DNA of 64,000 nt from Acidimicrobiales bacterium (GCA_035697145.1 DASSDL010000080.1:31562-95561), one strand, 5' to 3'. Numbered from the stretch's first letter, positions 26,895-38,749 are shown. The notes: generated from the letters alone by a model not told the origin. Numbers and translations: made by a program.

Positions 26895-27791
26895 CTAGAT
26901 CCCGACCGGGTGCCAGACGGTCTTGGTCTCGAGGAAGGCGAGCAGGCGGTCGAGGCCGGGGTCGGCGGTCCAGTCCGGCTCGGTGGAGTCGCCCGCGCCC
27001 GCTGGCGGTCGCACGACCCGCTTGAGGTTCTCGGCGGCCGCCGTCTCGAGCTCGGCCGCCAGCTCCGGGTCGCCGATGCCGGTCAGGTCGATGGCGTTGA
27101 CGTCCATGTGCGAGGCAAGCCACGGGGCAATCTCGGCGGGGTGCCCGGTGAGGAGGTTGACGACGCCCCCGGGGAGGTCGGACGTGGCCAGCACCTCCGC
27201 CAGGGTGATCGCCGGAAGCGGCGCCGACTCCGACGCCACGACCACGGCCGCGTTGCCGGTGACGATCACGGGCGCCACCACCGACACGAGGCCGAGCAGC
27301 GAAGAGCCGGCGGGCGCGACCAGCGCCACCACGCCGGTGGGCTCGGGAACCGAGAAGTCGAAGTAGGGCCCGGCCACGGGGTTGGACGAGCCTTGCACCT
27401 GGTGCACCTTGTCGCTCCAGCCCGCATACCAGACCCAGCGATCGATGGCCGCGTCGACCACGGCCCGGGCGTCGACCGGTGTCAGGCCCTCGCCGGCGCC
27501 AACCTCGTCGACGAACTGCGAGCGCCGGCCCTCGAGCAGCTCGGCCACCCGATAGAGCACCTGGCCCCGGTTGTAGGCGCTGGCGGCGGACCAGCCCGAG
27601 AACGCCTTGCGGGCCGCGACCACCGCGTCGCGGGCGTCCTTGCGCGACGCCAGCGCGGCGTTGGCGAGGAAGCGCCCCCCGTCGGCCGAACGGATCTCGT
27701 AGCTGCGACCCGACTCCGACCGGGGGAAGGCACCGCCGATGTACAGCTTGTACGTCTTGCGGACTTCCAGTCGGCCGTTCCCGTCAGACAT
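26895..27791 (-). CDS. aldehyde-dehydrogenase-like protein lacking the catalytic domain (298 aa)
   Basis: In-frame ATG at 27791. It has ALDH N-terminal and NAD-domain motifs (KLYIGGAFPRSESGRSYEI..., WSDKV, PTGVVALVAP, PGGVVNLLTG). After NLKRV there is no ELGGK and no catalytic Cys segment, and the protein ends ETKTVWHPVGI. Confidence 0.8.
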   Translation of the reverse strand: MSDGNGRLEVRKTYKLYIGGAFPRSESGRSYEIRSADGGRFLANAALASRKDARDAVVAARKAFSGWSAASAYNRGQVLYRVAELLEGRRSQFVDEVGAGEGLTPVDARAVVDAAIDRWVWYAGWSDKVHQVQGSSNPVAGPYFDFSVPEPTGVVALVAPAGSSLLGLVSVVAPVIVTGNAAVVVASESAPLPAITLAEVLATSDLPGGVVNLLTGHPAEIAPWLASHMDVNAIDLTGIGDPELAAELETAAAENLKRVVRPPAGAGDSTEPDWTADPGLDRLLAFLETKTVWHPVGI

Positions 27792-29220
27792 CGAGGTAGG
27801 CCCCCAGGCCGTGGCGGCCGCCCTCGCGCCCGTAGCCCGATTCCTTGTAGCCGCCGAACGGGCTGGCGGGATCGAAGCGGTTGAACGTGTTGGCCCACAC
27901 CACCCCTGCCCGCAGCTGGCGCGCCATCCACAGGATGCGGCTGCCCTTGTCGGTCCAGACGCCGGCCGAGAGCCCGTAGGGGGTGTTGTTGGCCTTCTCG
28001 ACGGCCTCGATGGGGGTGCGGAAGGTGAGGACCGACAGCACGGGGCCGAAGATCTCCTCGCGGGCGATGCGGTGCGACTGCGACACGCCCGTGAACACGG
28101 TGGGCGGGAACCAGAAGCCCCGCTCGGGCAGCTCACAGGGCGGCGACCAGCGCTCTGCGCCCTCGGTCTCTCCGACCTCGGACAGCATGCGGATCTTGTC
28201 GAGCTGCTCGGCGCTGTTGATGGCCCCGATGTCGGTGTTCTTGTCGAGCGGGTCGCCGAGGCGGAGGGTCGTGAGGCGGCGCTTGAGCCCCGCCAGCAGT
28301 TCGTCCGCCACCGACTCCTGCACCAGCAGCCGGCTGCCCGCACAGCAGACGTGGCCCTGGTTGAAGAAGATGCCGTTGACGATGCCCTCGACCGCCTGGT
28401 CGAGGGGGGCGTCGTCGAACACGACGTTGGCGGCCTTGCCGCCCAGCTCCAGGGTGACCTTCTTGCGGGTGCCGGCCACGGCGCGGGCGATCTGGCGCCC
28501 GACCTCGGTCGAGCCCGTGAACGCCACCTTGTCGACCCCGGGGTGCTCGACCAGCGCCCGGCCGGTCTCGCCAGCGCCGGTCACGATGTTGACGACGCCC
28601 GGCGGCAGGTCTGCCTGCTGGCAGATGTCGGCAAACGCCAGTGCGGTCAGGGGCGTCGTCTCGGCCGGCTTGAGCACCACCGTGTTGCCGCACGCCAAAG
28701 CCGGGGCGATCTTCCAGGCCAGCATCAGCAGGGGGAAGTTCCACGGGATCACCTGGGCGGCCACCCCGAGGGGCCGGGGACCGGGACCGAAGCCGGCGTA
28801 GTCGAGCTTGTCGGCCCAGCCGGCGTAGTAGAAGAAGTGGGCGGCCACCAGGGGAACGTCGACGTCGCGGCTCTCGCGGATGGGTTTGCCGTTGTCGATG
28901 GTCTCGAGCACCGCCAGCTCTCGGGACCGCTCCTGCACCAGGCGGGCCAATCGATAGAGGTACTTGCCGCGGTCGCGGCCGCTCAGTCGGGACCAGGCGC
29001 CGTCGTAGGCGGCTCGGGCGGCGTCGACCGCCCGGTCGACGTCCTGGGGGCCGGCGGCCACGACCTCGGACAGCACCTCTTCTGTGGCCGGATTGACCGT
29101 CTTGAAACGGCTTCCGTCAATGGGGTCGACCATCTCGCCGCCGATGTACAGCCCGTACGACGGCTGGATGTCGACGATCGAGCGGGATTCTGGTGCGGGG
29201 GCGTACTCGAAGGTTGGCAT
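27784..29220 (-). CDS. NAD(P)-dependent aldehyde dehydrogenase
   Basis: In-frame ATG at 29220. VNPATEEVL, FTGSTEVGR, KKVTLELGGKAANVVFDDA, FFNQGHVCCAGSRLLV, EEIFGPV. Confidence 0.95.
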   Translation of the reverse strand: MPTFEYAPAPESRSIVDIQPSYGLYIGGEMVDPIDGSRFKTVNPATEEVLSEVVAAGPQDVDRAVDAARAAYDGAWSRLSGRDRGKYLYRLARLVQERSRELAVLETIDNGKPIRESRDVDVPLVAAHFFYYAGWADKLDYAGFGPGPRPLGVAAQVIPWNFPLLMLAWKIAPALACGNTVVLKPAETTPLTALAFADICQQADLPPGVVNIVTGAGETGRALVEHPGVDKVAFTGSTEVGRQIARAVAGTRKKVTLELGGKAANVVFDDAPLDQAVEGIVNGIFFNQGHVCCAGSRLLVQESVADELLAGLKRRLTTLRLGDPLDKNTDIGAINSAEQLDKIRMLSEVGETEGAERWSPPCELPERGFWFPPTVFTGVSQSHRIAREEIFGPVLSVLTFRTPIEAVEKANNTPYGLSAGVWTDKGSRILWMARQLRAGVVWANTFNRFDPASPFGGYKESGYGREGGRHGLGAYLDV

Positions 29221-29233
29221 GGTCGTTGCCCGG

Positions 29234-30184
29234 TCAGTCGAGGGTGAAGTAGTCAGGGCCGGCGTAGCGGCCGGTGGTGAGCTTCTGGCGTTGCATGAGG
29301 AGGTCGTTGAGCAGGCTGGACGCACCGAAGCGGAACCAGTCGGGGCTGAGCCAGTCGTCGCCCGCCACCTCGTTGACCACGACCAGGTAGCGCACGGCAT
29401 CCTTGGCGGCCCGGATCCCGCCGGCAGCCTTGACCCCGACCTGCCGCCCGGCCTGGTCGCGGTAGTCGCGCACCGCCTCGAGCATCACCAACGTCACCGG
29501 GAGCGTGGCGGCGGGTGAGATCTTGCCGGTCGAGGTCTTGATGAAGTCGCCGCCCGCCAGCATGGCCAGCCACGACGCCCGGCGGACGTTGTCGTAGGTG
29601 GCCAGCTCGCCCGTCTCCAGGATCACCTTGAGGTGAGCGTCACCGCTGGCCTGCTTGGTGGCGACGATCTCGTCGTACACGTCGAGGTAGCGCCCGGCGA
29701 GGAACGCGCCCCGGTCGATGACCATGTCGATCTCGTCGGCGCCGGCGGCGACGGCGGCCTTCGTGTCGGCGAGCTTCACGTCGAGCGGGGCGCGGCCGGA
29801 GGGAAACGCGGTGGCGACGGCGGCGATGTGGATGCTCGATCCCGCGAGCGCCTCGACCGCCGTCGGCACGAGGTCGCCGTAGACACAGATGGCGGCCACC
29901 GGCGGGCACGAGGGGTCGGTGGGGTCGGGCCGGCGTCCCTTGGCGCACAGGGCCCGGACCTTGCCGGGTGTGTCCTGGCCCTCGAGCGTGGTGAGATCCA
30001 CCATCCGGATCGCCAGGTCCAGGGCGAAGGCCTTGGCCGTGGTCTTGATGGAGCGCGTGGCGAGCGTGGCCGCCCGCGCCTCGACGCCGACCTGGTCGAC
30101 ACCCGGCAGCCCATGGAGGAAGCGCCGCAGCGTGTCGTTGCTGGCGGTGACGTCGGCGAGGCCCGCAGGAACGGTGACGGTCAC
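29234..30184 (-). CDS. deoC: deoxyribose-phosphate aldolase (long actinobacterial form)
   Basis: MVDLTTLEGQDTPGKVRALC..., ICVYGDLV, VATAFPSG, LKVILETGEL..., FIKTSTGK. Confidence 0.9.
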   Translation of the reverse strand: MTVTVPAGLADVTASNDTLRRFLHGLPGVDQVGVEARAATLATRSIKTTAKAFALDLAIRMVDLTTLEGQDTPGKVRALCAKGRRPDPTDPSCPPVAAICVYGDLVPTAVEALAGSSIHIAAVATAFPSGRAPLDVKLADTKAAVAAGADEIDMVIDRGAFLAGRYLDVYDEIVATKQASGDAHLKVILETGELATYDNVRRASWLAMLAGGDFIKTSTGKISPAATLPVTLVMLEAVRDYRDQAGRQVGVKAAGGIRAAKDAVRYLVVVNEVAGDDWLSPDWFRFGASSLLNDLLMQRQKLTTGRYAGPDYFTLD

Positions 30185-30264
30185 GAGGAGACCTCGTGAC
30201 CGGACGACCGCGCGACCGCCAGGGAGCCGGGCGGCGATGGGGTGCGGGGGCGCAGCCCCCGGGG

Positions 30265-30300
30265 AGACACGGTCACCCGTTCAGACACGGTCACCCGTTC
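30265..30300. repeat. perfect 18-bp tandem duplication AGACACGGTCACCCGTTC x2
   Basis: Read directly from the sequence and confirmed by the duplicated RHGHPF RHGHPF in the overlapping track ORF translation. Confidence 0.9.
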
Positions 30301-30479
30301 AGGCTACTGCCAGGTGCCCGGAGCGTCGCCTGGGGCTCGGTGCACGAGTCGGCGCGTCCGGGGCCGCGTCCGCTGAAGGGGGCGCACGTGGGCGGGGCGC
30401 GTGGTCCGGTTCGGGGGATTCGGGATCCGCCTCGCCGGGTCTTGGCCCAATCCGATCCAACGGACTTGTACTCGTACAC

Positions 30480-31811
30480 ATGTTCGAGTATTGTAGTCAT
30501 ATGTCGTTGACTGAGGCTGCCGAGAAGAGCACGAGCGGTGTCGGCTCGTTGGAGCGGCGGGTGGCGGAGACGGTGGGCTTGTTGAACGTGGTCACGGCCG
30601 AGTTGGTGGGCCTGATCGGTGAGGCGTTGCGGACCGGTGGATGGGCGGGGTTCGGTATCCGCTCACCGGAGCATTGGGTGGTGTGGCGTTGTGGCGTGTC
30701 ACCGGCCCGGGCCCGGCGCCTGGTAGGGCTGGCGCGGGCGCTCGAGGGGTTGCCCCAGAGCGCGGGGTTGTTCGAGGCGGGGTCGTTGAGCGAGGACCAG
30801 GCGGCGGTGATCGTCCGGCACACCGACGCCGATCACGACCGTCAGGTGGCCGAGCTGGCACCGTCGTTGACGGTGCCGCAGCTGGGCCGGGTGCTGCCCA
30901 GCCTGCCCCGGGCCGAGCCCGACCGGCCGTCCGATCACGCGTCCGACGACGACCATGGTGACAGCTCGCCCGCCGCGCCCGAAGCCCAGAGCCGGCGAGC
31001 GGTGCGCTTCGCCTATGGCGACGATGGCATGTGGTGGTGCTCGGTGCGGTTGCGTTCCGATGAGGGGGCGCTGGTGCAAAAGGCGTTGGAGGTGGGCCGC
31101 GACCGAGAGTTCCGGGTGCGGCACCCCAACCGTCGCGACGGCGACGCGGGTGACCCCGGCGACGTGTCCTGGGCCGACGGGTTGTTGCGCCTGGCACGGG
31201 TGGGTCTCGACGCCCTCGACAACACCACCGCGGCGGGACGGCCGCCGGGCGAACGCACGCAGGTGATCCTGCATCTCGACGCCGACAGGCAGGCGCCGCC
31301 CCGCCTGCATCTGGGCCCGGTGCTGCCGACGGCGGTCGCCGACTACCTGTCCTGCGATGCCACGGTGCGGTACCTGCTGTTGCGGCACGGCCAGCCGCTG
31401 GCCATGGGCCGCCGCGAACGCACCGTCGGGCCTCGCTTGCGGGCCGTGATCGAACACCGCGACGGCGGCTGCCGGGTCCGGGGCTGCGACCAGGCCCGCT
31501 GGCTGCACATCCACCACCTGGTGCATTGGAGCCACGGTGGCCGGACCGACCCGCACAACCTGCTGGCCCTGTGTGCGCCGCACCACCGCATGGTGCATCG
31601 CGGGCTACTCACCATCGACGGCGACCCCGCCGATCCCGCCGGGCTGACTTTCACGGACCACCGGGGCCGCCGCCTCGAACCCGCCCCACCACAACCACCA
31701 ACCACCGACACCCCGACCACGGAAGCCGCCCGTCGCCAGGGCCTCCCACCACCCGACTGGCAACACCCATCCGGCGAACGCCTGGACCACCGCTGGATCA
31801 GTTGGAACTAG
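30480..31811 (+). CDS. DUF222 / HNH endonuclease family protein (REP13E12-like selfish gene)
   Basis: N-terminal DUF222-like region (VTAELVGLIGEALRTGGWAGFGIRSPEHWVVWRCGVSPARAR). C-terminal HNH (RDGGCRVRGCDQARWLHIHHLVHWSHGGRTDPHNLLALCAPHHRMVH). The start is ATG at 30480 or 30501. Confidence 0.9.
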   Translation: MFEYCSHMSLTEAAEKSTSGVGSLERRVAETVGLLNVVTAELVGLIGEALRTGGWAGFGIRSPEHWVVWRCGVSPARARRLVGLARALEGLPQSAGLFEAGSLSEDQAAVIVRHTDADHDRQVAELAPSLTVPQLGRVLPSLPRAEPDRPSDHASDDDHGDSSPAAPEAQSRRAVRFAYGDDGMWWCSVRLRSDEGALVQKALEVGRDREFRVRHPNRRDGDAGDPGDVSWADGLLRLARVGLDALDNTTAAGRPPGERTQVILHLDADRQAPPRLHLGPVLPTAVADYLSCDATVRYLLLRHGQPLAMGRRERTVGPRLRAVIEHRDGGCRVRGCDQARWLHIHHLVHWSHGGRTDPHNLLALCAPHHRMVHRGLLTIDGDPADPAGLTFTDHRGRRLEPAPPQPPTTDTPTTEAARRQGLPPPDWQHPSGERLDHRWISWN

Positions 31812-31883
31812 CGGCGAATGCGACCTCACGCACAGCGCTCCGCCTGACTCGTTCGGCCAGGCCGAGTAGGGCACGCGTGCCGG

Positions 31884-32963
31884 CTACAGCGCCTCGGCCC
31901 GGAGGGCGGAGAAGCCGGGCTTGATCGTGCCCTCGATGATCCGCAGCCGCTGGTCGAAGGGCCAGAACGACGACTTCATCGCGTTGATGGTGAGCCACTG
32001 GAGCTCGTCCCAGCCGTAGCCGAACGCCTCGACCAGCTTGTACAGCTCGTCGCTGAGCGTGATGTCGGACATCAGCCGGTTGTCGGTGTTGACCGTCACC
32101 CGGAAGCGCAACGCGGTCAGCAGCCCGATGGGGTGCTCGCCGATCGACGGGGCCACGCCGGTGTGGACGTTGGACGTGGGGCACATCTCCAGCGGCACCC
32201 GCCGGTCCCGCACGAAGGCCGCCAGCCGGCCCAGCGTGGCCCGGCCTTCGTCGTCGACGGCGATGTCGTCGACGATCCGGACGCCGTGCCCAAGCCGCTC
32301 GGCACTGCAGAGCTGCAGCGCCTCCCAGATCGACGGCAGGCCGAACGCCTCGCCCGCGTGGATGGTGATGTGGCTGTTGGCCTTGGCGATCTCCTGGAAG
32401 GCGGCGAGGTGGCGTGTGGGTGGGTTGCCGGCCTCGCTCCCGGCGATGTCGAACCCGACGACGCCGGCGTCGCGGTGCCGAAGGGCCAGCTGAGCGATCT
32501 CGCTCGAGTTGGCAGCGTGGCGCATGGCCGTGGCGAGGGTTCCGATCGTGATGCCGCGGCCGGCGGCACCGAGCCGGAAACCCTCGAGCACCGCCTCGAC
32601 CACCTCGTCGAGCGTCAGCCCCCCCTGGATGTGCTGCTCGGGGGCGAAGCGCACCTCGGCGTAGACGACGCCGTCGTCGGCCAGGTCCTCGGCGCATTCC
32701 GCGGCGACCCGCTGCAGTGCGTCCTTCGTCTGCATGACGCCGGTGGTGTGCTCGAAGGTCTCGAGGTAGAGGTCGAGGTCGTGGCGGTAGGCGCCCTCGG
32801 TGAACCACCGCGCCAGCTCCCCGGCGTCGGTGGTGGGCAGCGTGTGGCCCACCTCGCGAGCCAGCTCGATGACTGTGGTGGGTCGCAGTCCACCGTCGAG
32901 ATGGTCGTGCAGCAGCACCTTGGGGGCTCGCCGGACCTGATCGAGGCTGGGTAGGGCCGCCAT
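31884..32963 (-). CDS. add: adenosine deaminase
   Basis: [16 protein letters not shown]..., [37 protein letters not shown]. Confidence 0.95.
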   Translation of the reverse strand: MAALPSLDQVRRAPKVLLHDHLDGGLRPTTVIELAREVGHTLPTTDAGELARWFTEGAYRHDLDLYLETFEHTTGVMQTKDALQRVAAECAEDLADDGVVYAEVRFAPEQHIQGGLTLDEVVEAVLEGFRLGAAGRGITIGTLATAMRHAANSSEIAQLALRHRDAGVVGFDIAGSEAGNPPTRHLAAFQEIAKANSHITIHAGEAFGLPSIWEALQLCSAERLGHGVRIVDDIAVDDEGRATLGRLAAFVRDRRVPLEMCPTSNVHTGVAPSIGEHPIGLLTALRFRVTVNTDNRLMSDITLSDELYKLVEAFGYGWDELQWLTINAMKSSFWPFDQRLRIIEGTIKPGFSALRAEAL

Positions 32964-32997
32964 GGAGGAACGCTACCGCCCGACCTCCCCCAACCAC

Positions 32998-34284
32998 TCA
33001 GGCGATGCGATCGACGACCAAGGGGCGGGGCTCCGGCGGCTCCGGCCCCACCTCGAGGGCGCCGTCGAGCGCGGCGAGGGCGCCCTCCAGCCGGGTGGGG
33101 TCGTCGCAGTGCAGAACGAGCACCGGCTCGCCGGCCTCCACCCAGTCGCCCGGCTTGTGCAGGCACACCGCGCCCGCGGTGGGGGACACCGGGTCCTCCT
33201 TGCGTGACCGCCCGGCGCCCAAGCGCCATACCGCAACGCCCACGGCCCGGGCATCGAGGCGGTGCAGGTAGCCCCCGGCCGGCACCATGACCTCGTGTTG
33301 CACGGTGGCGACGGGCAGCACCGCGTCGGGGTCGCCACCCTGGGCCCGGATCATGGCGTCCCACACCGCGTGCGCCCGCCCGTCGGCCAGCGCCGCCACC
33401 GGGTCGGCACCCGGGGACGAGTCGAGACCGGCCAGCGCCAGCATCTCGGCGGCCAGGGCCAGGGTGACCTCGACCACGTCGGGCGGACCGCCGCCCCGGA
33501 GGACCTCGACCCCCTCGGCCACCTCGAGGCCATTGCCACAGGCGCGGCCCAGGGGGGTGTCCATGTCGGTGATCAACGCCACCGTGCGGACGCCGTGGGC
33601 CTGGCCCAACGTCACCATCGTCTCGGCGAGCCGTCGCGCCCGGTCGATCTCCGGGAGGAAGGCGCCCGAGCCCACCTTGACGTCGAGCACCAGCGCCCCG
33701 GTGCCCTCGGCGATCTTCTTGGACATGATCGAGCTGGCGATGAGGGGGATGGCCTCGACGGTGGCCGTGACGTCACGCAGGGCGTAGAGCTTTCGGTCGG
33801 CCGGGCACAGCGTGTCGCTGGCGGCGCAGATCACGACGCCGACGTTGCGCAACTGGGCGACCATCCGCTCGGTGGGCAGCGTGGCCTGCCACCCGGGGAT
33901 GGCCTCGAGCTTGTCGAGCGTGCCGCCGGTATGGCCGAGCCCCCGTCCGGAGAGCTGGGGGACCGCGGCCCCGCAGGCCGCCACCAGCGGCGCCAGCGGG
34001 AGCGACACCTTGTCGCCCACCCCGCCAGTCGAGTGCTTGTCGACCGTTGGCCGGCCCACGGACGAGAGGTCGAGGCGCTCGCCCGAGTCGATCATCGCCT
34101 GGGTCCACGATGCCAGCTCGTCTGGTTCCATGTCGCGCAGGAGGATCGCCATGCACAGCGCCGCGGCCTGCTCGTCGGCGATGGTGCCTGCGGTGTAGCC
34201 CTCCACGAAGAACCGCACCTGCTCGTCGGACAAGCGGCCGCCGTCGCGCTTGGTTCGGATGACGTCGAGGATGTCAGTGGCCAC
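32998..34284 (-). CDS. deoA: thymidine/pyrimidine-nucleoside phosphorylase
   Basis: In-frame GTG at 34284 (VATDILDVIRTKRDGGRL...), VDKHSTGGVGDKVSL, SGRGLGHTGGTLDKLE, SIMSKK. This is the C-terminal part of the artefactual 1332-aa track ORF. Confidence 0.95.
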   Translation of the reverse strand: MATDILDVIRTKRDGGRLSDEQVRFFVEGYTAGTIADEQAAALCMAILLRDMEPDELASWTQAMIDSGERLDLSSVGRPTVDKHSTGGVGDKVSLPLAPLVAACGAAVPQLSGRGLGHTGGTLDKLEAIPGWQATLPTERMVAQLRNVGVVICAASDTLCPADRKLYALRDVTATVEAIPLIASSIMSKKIAEGTGALVLDVKVGSGAFLPEIDRARRLAETMVTLGQAHGVRTVALITDMDTPLGRACGNGLEVAEGVEVLRGGGPPDVVEVTLALAAEMLALAGLDSSPGADPVAALADGRAHAVWDAMIRAQGGDPDAVLPVATVQHEVMVPAGGYLHRLDARAVGVAVWRLGAGRSRKEDPVSPTAGAVCLHKPGDWVEAGEPVLVLHCDDPTRLEGALAALDGALEVGPEPPEPRPLVVDRIA

Positions 34285-34658
34285 TACTCGAGGTCCTCGG
34301 GGCCGAAGGCGCCCGGAAGCAACTCGGCCATGCGTACCTCGTTGACGAGCAGTTCGGATCCGCCGGCCTCGTAGAGCAGTTGCCGGCAGCGACCGCAACA
34401 GGACAGGACGCGGCCGTCGGGATCGGACACCGCAACCGCGACCAGCCGCCCCCCACCGCCGGCGTGGAGGGCGGAGACGAGCCCGCACTCGGCGCACAGC
34501 GTCAGCCCGTACGAGGCGTTCTCGACGTTGCAGCCGACGACGACGCGCCCGTCGTCCGTGAGCCCGGCCGCGCCGACCCGGAAGTCCGAGTAGGGGGCGT
34601 AGGCCCGCCGCGCCGCCTCGGCGGCGGCCGCGCGCAACGCCTCCCAGTCGACCGCCAT
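34284..34658 (-). CDS. cdd: cytidine deaminase
   Basis: AYAPYSDFRVGAA..., NVENASYGLTLCAECG, CGRCRQLLYE. Confidence 0.95.
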   Translation of the reverse strand: MAVDWEALRAAAAEAARRAYAPYSDFRVGAAGLTDDGRVVVGCNVENASYGLTLCAECGLVSALHAGGGGRLVAVAVSDPDGRVLSCCGRCRQLLYEAGGSELLVNEVRMAELLPGAFGPEDLE

Positions 34659-35957
34659 TCACTCGACCACGTAGGGCACGCCGTCGGCGGCCGGCGGGCG
34701 TGACCGCCCCACCAGACCGGCGACCACGATGATGGTCACGACGTAGGGGGTCATCAGCAGGAACTCCGAGGGGATGGGCGTGTCGAGCACCGCCAGCCGC
34801 TGCTGCAGCTCTTCGGAGAACCCGAACACCAGGGCGGCCATGAACGCTCCCACGGGATGCCAGCGTCCGAGGATGAGCGCGGCCAGGGCGATGAACCCCC
34901 GACCGGCCGTCATGTTCTCGTCGAAGCTGCTCACCGCATCGAGGGTGAACCAGGTGCCGCCGAGCCCGGCGACGGCGCCCCCGAGTATGACCGCGCGGTA
35001 GCGAGTCCGCAGCACGTTGATGCCCACCGTGTCGGCCGCCCGAGGATGCTCGCCGACGGCGCGCACCCGCAGGCCCCAACGCGACCGGAACAGCGCCCAC
35101 CACAGGCCGAACACCAGCACGAACAGCAGGTACACGTAGATCGTGTTGTCGAACAGCAGCGGCCCGACGAACGGCAGGCGGTCGAGGCCGGGGATGCCGA
35201 ACGCCCGGAAGGAGCCGGGCTCGTTGAGGTGGGGGTATTCGACGAGCACCCGGGCCGTCAGGTAGCTGGTCATGCCCAGGGCGAAGAAGTTGATGACCGT
35301 GCCGCCGATGATCTGGTCGACGCGGTAGCGGATCGACATCACCCCGAGGAACGCCCCGAGCAGCACGCCGCTGCCGACCCCGCAGAGCAGGCCCACCCAC
35401 GTGTTGTCGGCCGCGCTGGCCGTGATCGCCGCCACGAAGGCCCCGGTGAGCAGCATGCCCTCGATGCCGATGTTGATGATGCCGGAGCGTTCGCACAGCA
35501 GGCCCGCGAGGGCGCCGAACGCCAAGGGGATCGACCGGCGCAGCGCGCCGTCGAGCAGGCCGATGATGCTGATGTCGTCGCCTCGGGCCGCCCACGCCAG
35601 CAGCGCCACGACGAAGAGGGCCAGTGCGATGCCGAACACGAGGTAGATGCGCGTGCGCAGCACGCCGACGACCTGGAGCGTGCCGAGCGCGACGATCACG
35701 ATGCCGAGCACGATGGCCGTGGTCCTCGCCGGCAGGGTGAGGTCGGGGATCTGCACGGCATCGGCCTCGCGGCTGAACACGAACGTGAAGTCGAGCCCCG
35801 CGTCGCTGCCGAACCCGAACGCCACCAGAGCGATGAGCCCGAGCACCACCGCGGCCATGCCGAAGCCGATGCGCCGCCGGCGCAGCGGGTCCGCGGCCTC
35901 GACCCAGGGCTCGTCCTCCGGTGCGGGGGCCAGCGGTTCGGTGATCGTCACGGTCAT
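34659..35957 (-). CDS. ABC transporter permease (nucleoside/BMP-type importer)
   Basis: Polytopic membrane protein: ERSGIINIGIEGMLLTGAF..., LGRWHPVGAF. It lies in an operon with the BMP lipoprotein and a double ATPase. Confidence 0.9.
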   Translation of the reverse strand: MTVTITEPLAPAPEDEPWVEAADPLRRRRIGFGMAAVVLGLIALVAFGFGSDAGLDFTFVFSREADAVQIPDLTLPARTTAIVLGIVIVALGTLQVVGVLRTRIYLVFGIALALFVVALLAWAARGDDISIIGLLDGALRRSIPLAFGALAGLLCERSGIINIGIEGMLLTGAFVAAITASAADNTWVGLLCGVGSGVLLGAFLGVMSIRYRVDQIIGGTVINFFALGMTSYLTARVLVEYPHLNEPGSFRAFGIPGLDRLPFVGPLLFDNTIYVYLLFVLVFGLWWALFRSRWGLRVRAVGEHPRAADTVGINVLRTRYRAVILGGAVAGLGGTWFTLDAVSSFDENMTAGRGFIALAALILGRWHPVGAFMAALVFGFSEELQQRLAVLDTPIPSEFLLMTPYVVTIIVVAGLVGRSRPPAADGVPYVVE

Positions 35958-35963
35958 CGCCGC

Positions 35964-37192
35964 CTACCCTCCCCAGCTCGTCGTGAAGGTCTGGCCCGCG
36001 CCCCGGCCGGCCCGGATGCGGTAGATCGACCGCACGAGCGCCGGCGCCGCCACGAACAGGATGATCAGCGCCTGGATGACGCCGATGATGTCGACCGGGG
36101 TCGACGTCGCTGCCTGCATCCCGGTGGCCCCCGACCGGAACACGCCGAACAGGAAGGCGGCGCCGAGCACGCCCGCCGGGCTGGCGCGGCCGAGCAGGGC
36201 CACGGCTATGGCATCGAACCCGATGAACGAGTAGTAGCCCCCGCTGAGACTGAAGCTGGGCCGCCCCAGGATGTTGGACGTGCCCGCGAGCCCCGCCAAC
36301 CCACCGGCGATCAGCATGGCCAGCAGGTAGGTACCGCCGACCGCCATGCCCGCGTAACGCGACGCGAAGGGATTGGCCCCCACGGCACGCATCCGGAAAC
36401 CCACCGTCGACCGGTCGAGCAGCCACCACACGACCACTGCCGCACCCAGGGCCAGGAACAACCCGGCGTGCACCGTGATGTCGCCGAAGCTGACGTCGGG
36501 GAGGCGCGCCGACTCGGCCACCGGCTTGGAGATCGGGTCCTCGCGACCCGACCGTTGGAATGCGTCGGTTCGCAGCGCGTAGGCGAGCAGCAGGAACGAG
36601 ATGTAGTTGAGCATGATCGTGGTGATCACCTCGTGGGCGCCGGTGCGCGCCTTGAGGAACCCGGCGATGCCGCCCCAGACCGCGCCCCCCAAGAAGCCTG
36701 CGATCACCGCCACCACCACGTGCAGGACGCGGGGCAGGTCCCAGGTGAATCCCACCCAGCCGGCGCACATGGCGCCGACCACGAGCTGCCCCGCGCCGCC
36801 GATGTTGAACAGCCCGGCCCGGAACGCGAGCGCCACGGACAACCCGGCCAGCGCCAGTGGCGTGGCCTCGACCAGCGTGCGGCCGATGGCCCCCTGCGTT
36901 CCCAGGGAGCTGGTGTAGAGGCCCTTGTAGGAGTCGTAGACGATGTCCCACGAGTCGGACAGCGTCCGGCCCGGGTGGCTGAAGAACCCGCCCCACGAGT
37001 CGAGCGTGTCGGGGTCGGAGAAGACGATGACCAGCCCGCCCACCGCCAGCGCCGTGACCAGCGCCAGCACGGGCACGACCAGGCTGTTCGCCAGCGAGCC
37101 CAGCGACGCCAGCGGCCCCGGCTTCGCGGCGGCGGTCGGTGCGCCGGCACCGTCGCCGGTCGGGCCCGGCGGGGCGGCGGCGTCGGTCACGG

Positions 37193-37196
<4 letters not shown>
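35964..37196 (-). CDS. ABC transporter permease (nucleoside/BMP-type importer)
   Basis: Polytopic membrane protein: FRAGLFNIGGAGQLVVGAM... The start overlaps the ATPase stop. Confidence 0.9.

Positions 37197-38749
<1,553 letters not shown>

Noticed and set aside
30265-30300. 18-bp tandem repeat considered as a CRISPR or VNTR array
   Set aside because: There are only two contiguous copies, with no spacers and no cas genes. It is a simple duplication.
31870-31881. Palindrome GGCACGCGTGCC between the convergent HNH and add genes, considered as a bidirectional terminator
   Set aside because: It has no loop and no T-tract, so it is not a convincing intrinsic terminator.
32998-36996. 1332-aa minus-strand ORF
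   Set aside because: Only the last 428 codons (from the GTG at 34284) are thymidine phosphorylase. The upstream part runs out of frame through cdd and both permease genes and translates to Arg/Gly/Pro low complexity.
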